Counted from the first letter of the stretch, positions 21,632 to 32,691 are shown. The stretch: 64,000 nt of DNA from an uncultured delta proteobacterium (GCA_963776345.1 CAVZMH010000001.1:173416-237415), one strand, 5' to 3'. The notes: generated by a model not told the origin, from the sequence alone. Numbers and translations are program-made.

Positions 21632-22432
21632 ATGGCACGCCCGCGGACGCACAAAAACATCGTCAAGAAGAGGACTTACGCGTCAGGGCGACTCGCCGTG
21701 GTCCGGTCCCGTCTGCCGGAACCGCAGCGGCTGCTCCGGGTGTGGAAGCGCGTCCTCGAGCGGAGGCTGCGGGCCCGCCTCCGGTCCGAGGTGTTGGTCG
21801 AGGTTCACGACAACACCCACACCATGGTGACCTTCGAGCGGGTCCGCGGCGGCTGGCGCCTCCGCCTGCACCACATGTTCCTCGCCGCGCCCGAGGAGGT
21901 GGTGACGGCGCTCGCCGAGTTCGTGCGCTCCGCCGACGCGCGGAGCTCGGCGGTGCTCGACCGGTTCATCGAGCGGAACAAGGCCTTCATCCGGCGAGTC
22001 TCCCCGGCCCAGCTTCGCCGGCGGCTGCGCATCGAGCCGGTGGGCCGCCACCACGACCTCTCGGCCATCTTCGCCGCGCTGAACCGGCGCTACTTCGCCG
22101 GGCGCATCGCCGCGACCATCACCTTCGGCCCGGCGCCGCGCAGCCGGCGTCCACGGAAGAGCATCAAGATGGGGAGCTACTCGGCGGACTCGCGCGTGAT
22201 CCGCATCCATCCGGCGCTCGATCAGCCGAAGGTGCCCCGGTACTTCGTGGAGTGGATCGTCTTCCACGAGATGCTCCACCACGTCTACCGCGCCCGCGTC
22301 GGCGACGACGGCCGGCGGTGCGTGCACCCGCCCCAGTTCGTGGAGCACGAGCGCCGCTTCCACGATTTCCACCGCGCCCAGGCCTGGGAGAACGAGAACC
22401 TCGACCTGCTGCTCCGGGCCCGCGTGGGCTAA
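21632..22432 (+). CDS. SprT/YgjP-like zinc-metalloprotease-domain protein
   Basis: LNRRYF, MGSY, IRIHPALD, FHEMLH…H motif. Confidence 0.75.
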   Translation: MARPRTHKNIVKKRTYASGRLAVVRSRLPEPQRLLRVWKRVLERRLRARLRSEVLVEVHDNTHTMVTFERVRGGWRLRLHHMFLAAPEEVVTALAEFVRSADARSSAVLDRFIERNKAFIRRVSPAQLRRRLRIEPVGRHHDLSAIFAALNRRYFAGRIAATITFGPAPRSRRPRKSIKMGSYSADSRVIRIHPALDQPKVPRYFVEWIVFHEMLHHVYRARVGDDGRRCVHPPQFVEHERRFHDFHRAQAWENENLDLLLRARVG

Positions 22433-23368
22433 CCGAGCGGACAGGCGTGGCCAGGGATCATCACGGGCTCGCCCGCCCGGGAGCGGTCCCGAGGGGGCTC
22501 GGGTGCTCCCGCGCCTCGAGCCTTCGTGGGTCCTCGCCTGTCCCGTCGAGAGCAGGACCACCCCGGCCACCTCCACCACGAGCCCGGGGACGAAGCCCGC
22601 GGGGACCCGCTCACCGAGGACCCACACCCCGGCGAGCGCCGCCAGGGCGGGCTCGACGGCGCAGAGCGCGGCGACGCGGGTCGCACCGAGCCGGACGATG
22701 GCCGTGCCCTTGGTGAGGTAGGCGCCGTAGGTGCAGACCAGCGCCAGCAGCGCCAGCGCGCCGAGCGTCCCCGATGGGTGGGCCGGGATCCGGGCGGAGG
22801 GCAGGAGCACCAGCGCGGAGGTGGCCGTGGCCAGGGCGAGCGCCCGCGGCGAGCCGCTCGCCCTCCCCAGCCGCGCGCTCCCCACGTAGAACAGCGCGTA
22901 GGCCACCGCGGCCAGCGCGGGCGGGAGCAGCGCCGGCCAGGCGACCTCGCCGGGCCGCGGCGCCCCGGTGGCCACCCAGACCCCGCTGACGCTGACCAGC
23001 GCTCCGGCCAGGCGGCGGAAGGTCGGCGGCTCGCCGAGCACCAGCCAGGAGAGCGGAACGACGAAGGCCGGCGCCGCCTCGGCGATGGCCGTTCCCAGCG
23101 AGACTCCCGCCGTGCGGAGTCCCCACTGGTACGAGGCGGAGAGCCCGGTCAGCAGCACGCCCCCGAGCACCATGGCCCCGCGCCTCTCGTCCCGCCGGAG
23201 TCCCGGTGCGCGCGCCAGGCGGGCGTGCAGGAGGAACACCGGTGCGGCGAGCGCTGCGCGCCAGAACGAGATCTGCAGCGGCCCGAGGCCGTCGGCGGCG
23301 GGCACGGTGCTCAGCAGCCCGAGCGAGGCGGCGAGCACCGCGGAGAGGAGCGCGAGCAGGGTGCCCAC
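22429..23368 (-). CDS. DMT/EamA-family transporter (C-terminus probably frameshifted near 22550)
   Basis: About 10 hydrophobic segments, FWR, LGE..T, EP…LGE duplicated EamA pattern; the frame lacks a stop until it enters the opposite gene. Confidence 0.75.
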
Positions 23369-23376
23369 GGTGCGGC

Positions 23377-24075
23377 TCAGCGCTGGAGGCGGAGGGTGCG
23401 GATCTGCTCGACCTCGAGCACCTCGGCGAAACGGTCCGCCAGCGAGGCCAGCGCGACCTCCTTCACCACTGCGGCATCGACGGGCGGCCGACCGAGAACC
23501 CCGGGGAGGGTCCGGGTGGCGGTCGCATCGGCCGCGACGATGACCTCGTAGCCGAGCACCGCGGCGTCCCGGGCGCTGGTGTCCACGGCGAGGTGGGTCA
23601 TGATCCCGGCGAGCACCACCGTCCGGATCCCGAGCGCCTTCAGCTGTGCGTCGAGGTCGGTCCGGGAGAACGCGCCGGCGACGTGCTTGACCATCAGCAC
23701 CTCCCCGGGCCGGGGGCGGAGCGAGGGGAGGAGCTCCACCGTCGGCGATCCGGGGGCGAAGAGCATCGAGCCGGGGCGGGTGACGTTCTGGACGTGGATG
23801 ACGTGCACCCCCGAGGCACGGGCCCAGGCGAGGAGGACGCCGGCGCGCTCCACCGCGGCGGCGGCGGTCGGGATGGGCAGCTTCCCGGAGACGAACTCCT
23901 CCTGGAAGTCGACCAGGACCAGCGCGGTGCGGGCCGGGTCGATGGCCTCGGTCGGGGGGACCTTGTACATCGCCCGCAGGGTGGTGGGTTCGGCGGCGGC
24001 TCCCGCGGACGTGCCGAGGGACGCGCCGAGGAGGGACACGGCGACGGGGGAGAGCCAGGAGTGGGTTCGGTTCAT
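23377..24075 (-). CDS. Isochorismatase/cysteine-hydrolase family protein with N-terminal signal-like peptide
   Basis: TALVLVDFQ, K…AFS.TDL…L, AGIMTHLAVDTSARDA, DATAT. Confidence 0.85.
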   Translation of the reverse strand: MNRTHSWLSPVAVSLLGASLGTSAGAAAEPTTLRAMYKVPPTEAIDPARTALVLVDFQEEFVSGKLPIPTAAAAVERAGVLLAWARASGVHVIHVQNVTRPGSMLFAPGSPTVELLPSLRPRPGEVLMVKHVAGAFSRTDLDAQLKALGIRTVVLAGIMTHLAVDTSARDAAVLGYEVIVAADATATRTLPGVLGRPPVDAAVVKEVALASLADRFAEVLEVEQIRTLRLQR

Positions 24076-24148
24076 GGCCCCTGGATGCCCGCGAGGGCCG
24101 CGCCCACGCCAAGGCGATGGCGCCTGGCCGGCATGCATGGCTGCAGGG

Positions 24149-25037
24149 TCAGCGGCCGGCGCGCGACGGGGAGAGTCCGGCCGCCACGAGGCAGTCCTGC
24201 ACCCACGCGGCGACCGCGCGAACCCTTCCCGCTGCCTGGAGCTCGCGGTGAACCACCCAGAAGAGGTCTCGCTGGACGCCGGTGTCGAAGAGATGGACGA
24301 GCCCAGGCTCGCTCCCGGCGTACCAGGTGGGCAGGACCGCGATCCCCACGCCGGCTCGCGCGGCGGCAGCGAGCGAGGGGACGCTGTTGGTCCGGAACGA
24401 CGTCTCGCCGGGCGCCGCGGAGAGCCACGCTCCCTCGGGTGTCCCGGCGAGCTCCTGGTCGAACCCCACCAGCTGGTGCGTCGTCAGCTCGCCGAGGGAC
24501 CGCGGCGCGGTGCGGTGCGCGAGGTACGTCTCCGAGGCGAAGGCGGCGTAGCCGACGGAGGCCAGCTTCCGGGCCACCAGCCCCGGCTGGTCCGGGCGGG
24601 CGAGCCGGAGCGCCACGTCCGCCTCGCGCCGGGGAAGGCTGAGCGCCCGGTTGTCCACGTGGAGGGAGAGCCGGACTCGCCGGGTGCGTCTGGAGCAGCT
24701 GCGGCAGCCGGGGCGCGAGCAGCCGGCTGGCGATGGACTCCAGCGTGGTCAGGCGCACCGGACCCGAGGCCGCGGCGTCGGTCGCGTCGATGGCGCGGCC
24801 CAGCGCGAGCGCCTCCTCCTCCATCCGCTCGGCCCGGAGCCGCGCCTCCGTACCCGCCGGGGTCAGGACCGGACCGTCACGCCCTCGCCGGAACAGCCGG
24901 GTCCCGAGCGCGGCCTCGAGCGCGCTGACCCGCCGGCCCACGGTGGTCTGGTCCACCCCCAGCGTCCCCGCAGCGGCGGTGAAGCTCCCCGAGCGGCAGA
25001 CGGCGAGGAAGACCCGGATGTCGCCCCAGTCGAGCAT
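24149..25037 (-). CDS. LysR-family transcriptional regulator (apparent frameshift near 24680)
   Basis: MLDWGDIRVFLAVCRSGSFTAAAGTLGVDQTTVGRR HTH; substrate-binding domain (READVALR…) in the next frame. Confidence 0.88.
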
Positions 25038-25045
25038 CCGGTCGG

Positions 25046-26245
25046 TCAGGGAAGGATGAGACCGCCCGGGCTCCGCCTCTCGCCGGGCGGAGCCTCGGGG
25101 TCGGGCGCGGCGCCGGCGCCCTCCTCGCGCGTGCCACGGGGGGCCTGGGCCGCCCCGCGCGCACCCCGGCGGGTCATCAGCGCCAGCACCTTGACGAACA
25201 GCTGCTCGGCGAACGGGGGGAAGAGCCCCGCCGAGGCGTGGAACAGCCGCCGCGCAGTGGCCCGTGCCACCCTGGCCGGCTGCTCCGCGCCGCGCCGCTC
25301 GAGCGCCGGCGCCACCGCCCAGAGCCGGCGGGCGTAGAGCCGCCGGTGGGGCGCGTCGAAGAACTCCTCGGCCTGGCTGCGGACCCGCTCCCGGAGCGCC
25401 TCGGCCTGCTGCTCGGGGCTGAGGGCCAGCGGGCTGGTGCGCAGCTCGTCGAGGCGGAGCGCGAGCCGCTTCAGCTCGGGCTCGGGCGGGAGCCAGGCGG
25501 CGAGCTCCGGCTCCCGGTGCAGCGCCCCGCTCTCCACGGTCAGCGCCGCGTCGCCCTCGTCGGGGAGGGGGAGAGGGGGAAGCTCGGCCGCCGCCGCCTC
25601 GATGCCGAGGTGCCGGAGCGCCAGGTCGCTGTCGGGAGGGAAGGGCGTCCGGGAGGCCAGGTTGCAGCGCACGGCCTCGGAGAGCAGCGCCCGGCCCTCC
25701 TCGGCCGACAGCGGGAGCAGCCGCTCCATCTCCGGGCTCCGGGTGAGCTTCCGCCAGGCGCTGCGGCCCATCTCGGCGCGGCTGAGCGAGAGCAGGCCCA
25801 GCTCGTCCGAGACAAGCGCCTCGATCACCTCGACCCCCCCGCGCATGGGCCCCGCGAGGAGCAGGGCGCGCTGTCCCGTCCCGTCCGGGACGCTGGCGAA
25901 GCCAGGGAGCGACTCGGCCGGCGGCGGGGGAGCGGGAGCCGGCGCCTCCGGCGGACGGGCGCGCTCGGCGACCGTCACCCCGGCGGAGCGCAGCCGGTAC
26001 AGGGCACGGCGCGCCGCCTTCGCCACCTCGCGATCGGCGGAGCCCGAGAGCTGCTCGGCGGGGCCCGACCGACGCATCTCCACCGCGGCCTCGAGCACGG
26101 CGATCGCCAGCTCCGCCGGGAGCGCCCCGGCGTCCGCGGTCTCGCCCGCGAGGGTCCTCCGGGCCAGCTCCCAGTCCTCGCCCAGCACCCCCTCGGGGGC
26201 GGCCTCTCCGGCGCGCAGCGCCTCCGCCAGCTCGTCGGTGTTCAT
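25046..26245 (-). CDS. Hypothetical protein (helical; HEAT-like AARRALYRLRS segment; C-terminal SPGGLILP)
   Basis: ATGA overlap, coding-like composition. Confidence 0.7.
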   Translation of the reverse strand: MNTDELAEALRAGEAAPEGVLGEDWELARRTLAGETADAGALPAELAIAVLEAAVEMRRSGPAEQLSGSADREVAKAARRALYRLRSAGVTVAERARPPEAPAPAPPPPAESLPGFASVPDGTGQRALLLAGPMRGGVEVIEALVSDELGLLSLSRAEMGRSAWRKLTRSPEMERLLPLSAEEGRALLSEAVRCNLASRTPFPPDSDLALRHLGIEAAAAELPPLPLPDEGDAALTVESGALHREPELAAWLPPEPELKRLALRLDELRTSPLALSPEQQAEALRERVRSQAEEFFDAPHRRLYARRLWAVAPALERRGAEQPARVARATARRLFHASAGLFPPFAEQLFVKVLALMTRRGARGAAQAPRGTREEGAGAAPDPEAPPGERRSPGGLILP

Positions 26246-27810
26246 CGGCTCCGGTTCTCCAGCCAGGCCATACCACCCGCGGTGTCGACGGGGGTCACCT
26301 CCGTCCCGAACCGGGCGCCGAAGACCGCCCTCGGGTCGACCCCCCGGACCAGGAAGTGGCTGTACGCCGGGCCCATGGTGTCCCAGCGGAACCCGTCCGG
26401 CCGCCACTCGCTGGGGAAGGTGGGCGGGGGCGTGCCGCGGTAGCGGATGGGCGAGTGCGGCGTCCGGGCGAAGCTGAAGTTGGTGATGCCGCCCCGCAGG
26501 CGCGCCGGGACCGCCGCCGCGTGGAGGAAGACCGGATGGCGCACCACGCGCGAGCCCGGATCGAACACCAGGCCCATGATGCGGGGGCCGGGCGGCGTCT
26601 CCTCGGCGAAGCGGAGGAGCGGGGCGGCCTCGAGGTCGAACGCCCGGAAGCCCATGCCCAGCGGCACCGCGAGCACCAGCGCCGCCACCGCGCCCGCGCC
26701 GAGGAGCAGCGGGCGGAGCCGCGCGGCGAGGGGCGGCAGCGCGGCCACGGCGAGCGGCGCGGCGAGGTGCGCGTAGCGCGTGTTCAGGTAGTAGACGGCG
26801 CCGCGGATGTCGAAGGGCAGGGCGAGGAACAAGAGCCCCGCGAGCAGGGCGAGGCCTGGGAGCCGCCACCGCTCCACCGGCCCCTCGCGGGAGCTGGAGC
26901 GCTGGCCGGCGATCCACAGCGCGAGCGCGACCACCGCGACCGCGGTCACCGCCCGGAGGCCCCAGCGGTCCGAGCCATCGCGCAGGAGGTTGGCGAGCAC
27001 CTCGGGGAACTCCTGGACGTTCTGCCGGAAGGGCTTGAAGGAGAGGTTCCGCGCCGAGAGCAGCGGGCCCCAGGCCTTCCAGGGCGCACCCTCCTCGACC
27101 TCGGCCGGGGCGAGCAGTCGCCCCGCGCCCCACACCAGGAACAGCAGGGCCGCCGGCAACGTGGAGAGCACGGCGGGCAGCCGCGGGCGCAGCGTGCGCC
27201 GGGTCGCGTCCTCGGGCACCCGGGTGGTGAGCAGGAGGAAGGGGAGCGCGAGCGCGAGGAACAGGAACCCCTGCACGTGCATCAGCACCACGGTGAGCAG
27301 CACCCCGGCGTGGGCCGCTGCCCATCGCCGGCGTCGGTCTGCGTCGGCGAGCGCGCGGACGAACAGCCCCGCGGCGAGCAGGGCCAGGACGAACGAGGCG
27401 CTGGAGTTGACGAAGCCCCAGCCGAAGCTGTCGCCGTAGCCGAAGGGCACGGTGAGCACCGCCGGCCAGCGCGGCCGCCCGAGCGAGCGGAGGAGGAAGG
27501 CCATCGCCAGCGGAAGGCCGACGACCATCGCGGAGAGGAAGAATCGGTTCGCCAGCTCGAGCGGTACGAGCCAGGAGAGCGCGGACACCGAGACGTAGTA
27601 GCCGAGGTACGGCGTCAGCTCGGCGCGCGCGGCGAACAACCGCGGGTAGAGCGTGGTCGGGTCGTCGAGCCGGTGGAGCACCGAGATGAGGTGCAGGTGC
27701 TGCGGCAGGTCCACCATCGGCAGCTGGCGCGCGCACCAGAGGGGGGCGACGCCGGCCAGCAGGGCCAGGGTGAACGCCGTGCGGGCCACCCTCGGGTCGC
27801 CGGCGGTCAC
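26242..27810 (-). CDS. Polytopic membrane protein, possible GT-C-fold glycosyltransferase
   Basis: About 10 TM segments, N-terminal loop PMVDLPQH, C-terminal soluble domain; GTGA overlap. Confidence 0.65.
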   Translation of the reverse strand: MTAGDPRVARTAFTLALLAGVAPLWCARQLPMVDLPQHLHLISVLHRLDDPTTLYPRLFAARAELTPYLGYYVSVSALSWLVPLELANRFFLSAMVVGLPLAMAFLLRSLGRPRWPAVLTVPFGYGDSFGWGFVNSSASFVLALLAAGLFVRALADADRRRRWAAAHAGVLLTVVLMHVQGFLFLALALPFLLLTTRVPEDATRRTLRPRLPAVLSTLPAALLFLVWGAGRLLAPAEVEEGAPWKAWGPLLSARNLSFKPFRQNVQEFPEVLANLLRDGSDRWGLRAVTAVAVVALALWIAGQRSSSREGPVERWRLPGLALLAGLLFLALPFDIRGAVYYLNTRYAHLAAPLAVAALPPLAARLRPLLLGAGAVAALVLAVPLGMGFRAFDLEAAPLLRFAEETPPGPRIMGLVFDPGSRVVRHPVFLHAAAVPARLRGGITNFSFARTPHSPIRYRGTPPPTFPSEWRPDGFRWDTMGPAYSHFLVRGVDPRAVFGARFGTEVTPVDTAGGMAWLENRSR

Positions 27811-28386
27811 GTCCCCGCTTGCTGCGACACCAGCACCGGCCACCCGCTGGCCATGGACTCGCGGAGGAAGGCCGCCAGCCGCCGCCGGGTCAGGTTGACC
27901 GACGCCTGCATCGGATCCACCAGCGCCTCCTCGCCCGCGCTTCGCTCGCGGCGGAGCGAGACCGGCTCTCCGCACCGCTCGCAGCGGATGCTCACGTCCC
28001 TCACCAGCCCGAGCGGGACGGCGTACCGGGTCGCGCAGCGCTGGCACTTCCAGACCAGGGCCCGCTCCCCCTCCTCGGCGGCGGCGAGCGACCTCGAGCT
28101 GGTCCGCCATGCGGAGGATGGCGGGGAGGTCCTGGGGCGGCTGCGCGAAGACCAGCGAGGGCGAGGCCTGCGGGCCCGGCGCTCCCATCCGCGGAAGGTT
28201 CTCGGAGGCGAACATCTGGGTGAGGCGGTCGCGGACGCGCTGGTCCCGGAACTCGACCCCGGCCACGGCGCGGTCGATCAGTCCCGCGCTCGCCGGAAGC
28301 TCCGGCTCCATGACCGCGTCGGGAGGAAGCAGCTGCGGCGGCGCGACCAGCCGGTGGCTGGGGATGGAGAAGAAGCGGATGCCCAC
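27807..28386 (-). CDS. Hypothetical protein with Zn-ribbon (apparent frameshift near 28090)
   Basis: N-terminal part in ORF 26242-28386 frame; C-terminal WKCQRC…CERCG…LRESMASGWPV in the next frame. Confidence 0.65.
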
Positions 28387-28448
28387 GATCAGGAGAAGGG
28401 TTTACCCTCGCCCGTCTCCGGGAGCAAAGGTGCAGCGCGGGCCGCCGC

Positions 28449-29387
28449 TCAGGACCAGTCCAGCATCCGCTTCAGCGGCTTGTAGGCCGCGAGCCGGAGC
28501 GCCTCGGGCATCACCAGCTCCGGGGACCGCTCGGCCATGCAGCGCCAGAGCTTCTCCAGGGTGTTCATCTTCATGTACGGGCACTCGTTGCAGCTGCAGC
28601 CGTTGTCCGGAGGCGCGGGGATGAAGGTCTTTTCCGGAGCCCGGGTCTTCATCTGGTGGAGAATTCCCGCCTCGGTGACCACGATGAACTCGCGCCTGGG
28701 GCTCTTCAGCACGTGTTCGAGGATGCCCTTGGTGGAGCCGATGTAGTCGGCGTGCTGGAGCACCCGCTCCAGGCACTCGGGGTGCGCCACCACCTCCGCG
28801 TCCGGATGTTGCACCTTGAGCTGGACGAGGAGCTTCTCGCTGAAGATCTCGTGGACGATGCAGCTGCCCGGCCAGAGGATCAGCTCCCGCCCGCTCTGCT
28901 TCTGGACCCAGCGCCCGAGGTGCTGGTCGGGGGCGAAGATGATCGGCCGGTCCCTGGGGGCCTTCTCCACCATCTTCACCGCGTTGGACGAGGTGCAGAT
29001 GACGTCGCTCATCGCCTTCACCTCGGCGGAGCTGTTGACGTAGGTGACCACGAAGGCGCCGGGGTGCTTGGCCTTGAACGCGGCGAAGGCTGCCGGAGGC
29101 GTCCGATCGGCGAGGCTGCAGCCGGCCTGGAGGTCGGGGAGGAGAACCTGCCGGGTGGGATTGAGGATCTTCGCCGTCTCGGCCATGAAGTGCACGCCGC
29201 AGAAGACGATGACCCGCGCCTCGGTGCGCGCGGCCTCCTGCGCCAGGGCCAGGCTGTCCCCGATGAAGTCGGCGACGTCCTGGATGTCGCTCTCCTGGTA
29301 GTAGTGCGCGAGGATGACCGCGTTGAGCTCCTTCTTCAGCGCGCGGATCGCCGAGTCGAGCTCTGTGGGAGCGGGCGTGAAAGGCAT
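28449..29387 (-). CDS. nadA: Quinolinate synthase
   Basis: [49 protein letters not shown]. Confidence 0.97.
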   Translation of the reverse strand: MPFTPAPTELDSAIRALKKELNAVILAHYYQESDIQDVADFIGDSLALAQEAARTEARVIVFCGVHFMAETAKILNPTRQVLLPDLQAGCSLADRTPPAAFAAFKAKHPGAFVVTYVNSSAEVKAMSDVICTSSNAVKMVEKAPRDRPIIFAPDQHLGRWVQKQSGRELILWPGSCIVHEIFSEKLLVQLKVQHPDAEVVAHPECLERVLQHADYIGSTKGILEHVLKSPRREFIVVTEAGILHQMKTRAPEKTFIPAPPDNGCSCNECPYMKMNTLEKLWRCMAERSPELVMPEALRLAAYKPLKRMLDWS

Positions 29388-29467
29388 GCCGGCGTGACTC
29401 CTTCTGCCGCTCGCTTAACCGCCCCGCGTCGAGACTTCCAGCGCCGGGGAGAGGAGCGGGCCCGAGG

Positions 29468-30835
29468 ATGACCGCGGCGACCGCCCGGGAGCGGACCGTC
29501 CTCGGACATCCGCGGGGGCTGTTCCTGCTCTTCGCCACCGAGGCCTGGGAGCGCGTCCAGTACTACGGGATGCGGGCCTTCCTGGTCCTGTACCTGGTCG
29601 ACCGGGTGCACGGGCTCGGATGGAGCGAGGCGCGCGCGCTCACCCTGTACGGCTGGTACACCGGGCTCTGCTACCTCAGCACCGTCGCCGGTGGCTGGGC
29701 GGCGGACCGGGTGCTGGGGCAGCGCCGGGCGGTGGTCATCGGCGGGACGCTGATGATGCTGGGGCAGCTCCTCTGCGCGCTGAAGCAGGAGCCGCTGCTC
29801 TACGCCGGCGGCGCGCTGCTCATCGTCGGAAACGGGCTCTTCAAGGCCAACATCTCCACCATGGTGGGGCAGCTCTACCGCCCCGGCGACCCGCGGCGGG
29901 ACGGCGGCTTCACCATCTTCTACGTGGGCATCAACCTTGGCGCGGCGGTGGGCCCGCTCCTCTGCGGCACGCTGGCGGAGAAGGTGGACTGGTCGCTCGG
30001 CTTCGCCAGCGCCGGGCTGGGCATGGCGGTGGGCGTGGGCGTGTTCCTGCTCCTTCGCGGGCGACTTCTCGGGGAGGGCGTGGGCGCGCCGCCCCGCGAG
30101 CGACCGAGGACGGCGGCGGGACTCCGCGCAGGTGGCCCTCTCACCCGCGAGGAGCGCGACCGGATCGTCGTCATCTTCGTCCTCACCTTCTTCGTCGCCA
30201 TCTTCTGGGCAGGCTACGAGCAGGGTGGTGGGCTGATGAACCTCTTCACCGACCGCTCCACCGACCGGATGCTTCTCGGCCACGAGATCCCGACCACCTG
30301 GTTCCAGGCGGTGAACTCGGGGTTCATCTTCCTGCTCGCTCCGGTCCTCGCCGCGCTGTGGCCGCGCCTGGCCCGGGTCGAGAAGGAACCGTCCACCGGG
30401 CGGAAGATGGCGATGGGGCTCCTGGCGGTGGCCGCGAGCTTCGTCCTGCTCTTCGTCGCGGCGCAGCGGGCCGAGGCGGCGGGGAAGGCAGGGATGCTGT
30501 GGATGGTGGGCGCTTACTTCCTGCAGACGGTCGGGGAGCTGATGCTGTCCCCCGTCGGGCTCTCGATGGTGACCAAGCTCGCCCCGGAGCGGTACGCCTC
30601 GGCCCTGATGGGGGTGTGGTTCCTCTCCAACGCGGCGGGGAACAAGCTCGCGGGCAGCATCGGGGCCCTGGCGGAGGGACACGGCGACGCGGCGGTGTTC
30701 CTGGGCATCGCGGTGGTCTGCGCGGCGGCCGGGGCGATCCTGTTCGTGCTCGGCCCGGCGCTCCACCGGATGACCCACGGGGCGGAGGACACGTCGCCAG
30801 AGCCCGCGCCGGCCTCGGCGCCCGTCATCTCCTGA
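29468..30835 (+). CDS. POT-family proton-dependent oligopeptide transporter
   Basis: GHPRGL…EAWER..YYGMR, GNGLFKANIS, FYVGINLG, GELMLSPVGLS. Confidence 0.95.
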   Translation: MTAATARERTVLGHPRGLFLLFATEAWERVQYYGMRAFLVLYLVDRVHGLGWSEARALTLYGWYTGLCYLSTVAGGWAADRVLGQRRAVVIGGTLMMLGQLLCALKQEPLLYAGGALLIVGNGLFKANISTMVGQLYRPGDPRRDGGFTIFYVGINLGAAVGPLLCGTLAEKVDWSLGFASAGLGMAVGVGVFLLLRGRLLGEGVGAPPRERPRTAAGLRAGGPLTREERDRIVVIFVLTFFVAIFWAGYEQGGGLMNLFTDRSTDRMLLGHEIPTTWFQAVNSGFIFLLAPVLAALWPRLARVEKEPSTGRKMAMGLLAVAASFVLLFVAAQRAEAAGKAGMLWMVGAYFLQTVGELMLSPVGLSMVTKLAPERYASALMGVWFLSNAAGNKLAGSIGALAEGHGDAAVFLGIAVVCAAAGAILFVLGPALHRMTHGAEDTSPEPAPASAPVIS

Positions 30836-30907
30836 AGCCTCAAAGCCGGGTGTCGGGGAAACGCCGCGCCGGCCAGCCCTCGACCTCTTCGGGATGGTAG
30901 TTGAACG

Positions 30908-31240
30908 TCACTTCTTGAGAGTCTTGCAGTAGGCGAGGACGTCCCGGATCTGGGCGTCGGTCAGCTTCGTCTGGAAGCTCTTCATGCCGTTCGATTTTCC
31001 GGCCGCCTTGGAGCCGAACTTGATCGCCGTGAACCACTCTTCGTCGTTCGGCGTCGCGGTCATGAAGCTGGTGGGCTTGGGGTCGAGAAATGTCGAGGAG
31101 GGTCCATCGCCCTTGCCCTTGGGCCCGTGGCAGATGACGCAGTGATCCGAATAGATCAGCTGCCCCGCGTGGAGATCCTGAGCCTGCGCCGTCGAGGCTC
31201 CGACCAGTGCTGCCACGAGCCACCATGTCTTTCGAGACAT
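30908..31240 (-). CDS. Class I c-type cytochrome
   Basis: Signal peptide, CVICH, G.GDGP, distal Met (GMKSF); AGGAGG RBS. Confidence 0.88.
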   Translation of the reverse strand: MSRKTWWLVAALVGASTAQAQDLHAGQLIYSDHCVICHGPKGKGDGPSSTFLDPKPTSFMTATPNDEEWFTAIKFGSKAAGKSNGMKSFQTKLTDAQIRDVLAYCKTLKK

Positions 31241-31494
31241 CAACCCTCCTCGAGCGCCCGCGGTTCCACCGCAGGACCGTTGAGACTTGCTGGCGACGCT
31301 ACATTCCCAGCTCGGCGCACGGCCAGCGCAACGGTCCGTGGAGCCATCGCCAGGGGCGGCTGATGCACCCCCCTGGCAACAGCGGACCTGGACGCTAGAC
31401 CCTCGCCGACGAGACAGCGGGAACTTGCGCCGAGGCGGTCTGAACGTAGCTGCCATAGAGCGCGCCGGACCCACCGACACCGAGCAGGAAGAGG

Positions 31495-32077
31495 ATGACG
31501 CCGGCGACGATGAGGCCGAGGCCCTGGTTCTTGACCGACGAGGAGAAGAGCGTCGAAGCGGCGGTGGCGGACATGGCGGGCTTCCTTTCGAAGTGGATCC
31601 GGGAGAGGACCTCGTTGCCCGGTACGCCCGGTCCTCACTGCATCGGTGGGGCCACTCTCAAGTCACCGGAAACGCTGAGGAGCCCTCGCCCCGTGTCGCC
31701 AGCTGCGCAACACGCTGTCCGGAAACGTGTCGCGCCGTGCTGCGGAGCGAGGTGAGTCGCAGTGTGCCCGCCGCGGCGGGAAGGAATGGCATCGGCCCCG
31801 GCCCACGGCGGCGTGGACGGGCCTTCGGTGCTATGAGTCCAGCACGACGGCGACCGCGCACCTGGCAGAGTTGCTGGCGAACGCGATCCCGGGGTGGCGC
31901 GTGCTGGCGCGCCGCGTGTGGTGCACGAAGCAGCGGAGTCGTCTGCGCGCGCTCGATCGAAAGACCGTGTGGGTGCAGGACGGGTCGAAGCTGCCATGGG
32001 CACGCTGGGGCGCCGACCACGGCTTCTTCGCGCTGGACTGGGCGGGTCGGCTGCCCTACCTGCGCGCGGCGGCGTGA
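31495..32077 (+). CDS. Hypothetical protein, probably one frameshifted or degenerate gene
   Basis: Two overlapping short ORFs (31495-31755, 31727-32077) with a GAGG RBS before 31495. Confidence 0.3.
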
Positions 32078-32200
32078 CGCGGCCTCGTCTCCAGCCGACG
32101 CCCCGCGCTTCGACGCAGCGAGAGCAATCACCCGAATACCGCGCGACGACCGCGGGCGCACGAGCCCGCTCCACCCGTCCGCACCGAAAGGAACCACCGA

Positions 32201-32620
32201 ATGGGCAACCGATTCAACGTGAAGCTCTCCTGGAGTGAGGACCCCGACCGCAAGGAGGTCGTGACCCATCACGTGAAGGAGCTCGCCGAGAAGGACTACG
32301 AGACGGAGGTCGTCGGGACGACGCTGCCCGTGGTGCTCGACTTCTATGCCCTGGAGTCGAAGGCGTGCGCCGACCTTGCCCCCCGGTATGCGGCGGTCGC
32401 GGAGAAGTTCGCCGGGAAGGTTCGCTTCCTGAAGGTCTCACGCCAGGCGAACTCGGCCCTCGCCGCCCGGCTCGGCGTCACCGCGAGCCCGACGCTGGTC
32501 TTTCTCCAGGGGGGCACGGAGAAGGTGGAGCGGCTGAGCGGCGACGACATCAAGCGCACCGAGCTCAAGGCGCGGGTGGAGGCGATGCTCGGACCGCCCG
32601 TCGCGACCCCGGCGACCTGA
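32201..32620 (+). CDS. Thioredoxin-fold protein lacking the first active-site Cys
   Basis: PVVLDFYALESKAC..LAP…VRFLKV…GV.ASPTL; AAGGA RBS. Confidence 0.8.
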   Translation: MGNRFNVKLSWSEDPDRKEVVTHHVKELAEKDYETEVVGTTLPVVLDFYALESKACADLAPRYAAVAEKFAGKVRFLKVSRQANSALAARLGVTASPTLVFLQGGTEKVERLSGDDIKRTELKARVEAMLGPPVATPAT

Positions 32621-32691
32621 CGCGGCGTCGGGCGCTGCCACGTAAGAGCGAATCCCTGCCCCCCTTCCCGCGACTGTGGTGACCTCGGGCC

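Noticed and set aside
21683..24112. 809-aa ORF spanning the hydrolase, DMT and SprT-like genes
   Set aside because: Only the central DMT part looks coding; the flanks are shadow or antisense sequence.
26242..28386. 714-aa fusion of the Zn-ribbon protein with the membrane protein
   Set aside because: Explained by one frameshift near 28090; a GTGA overlap at 27807-27810 marks two separate genes.
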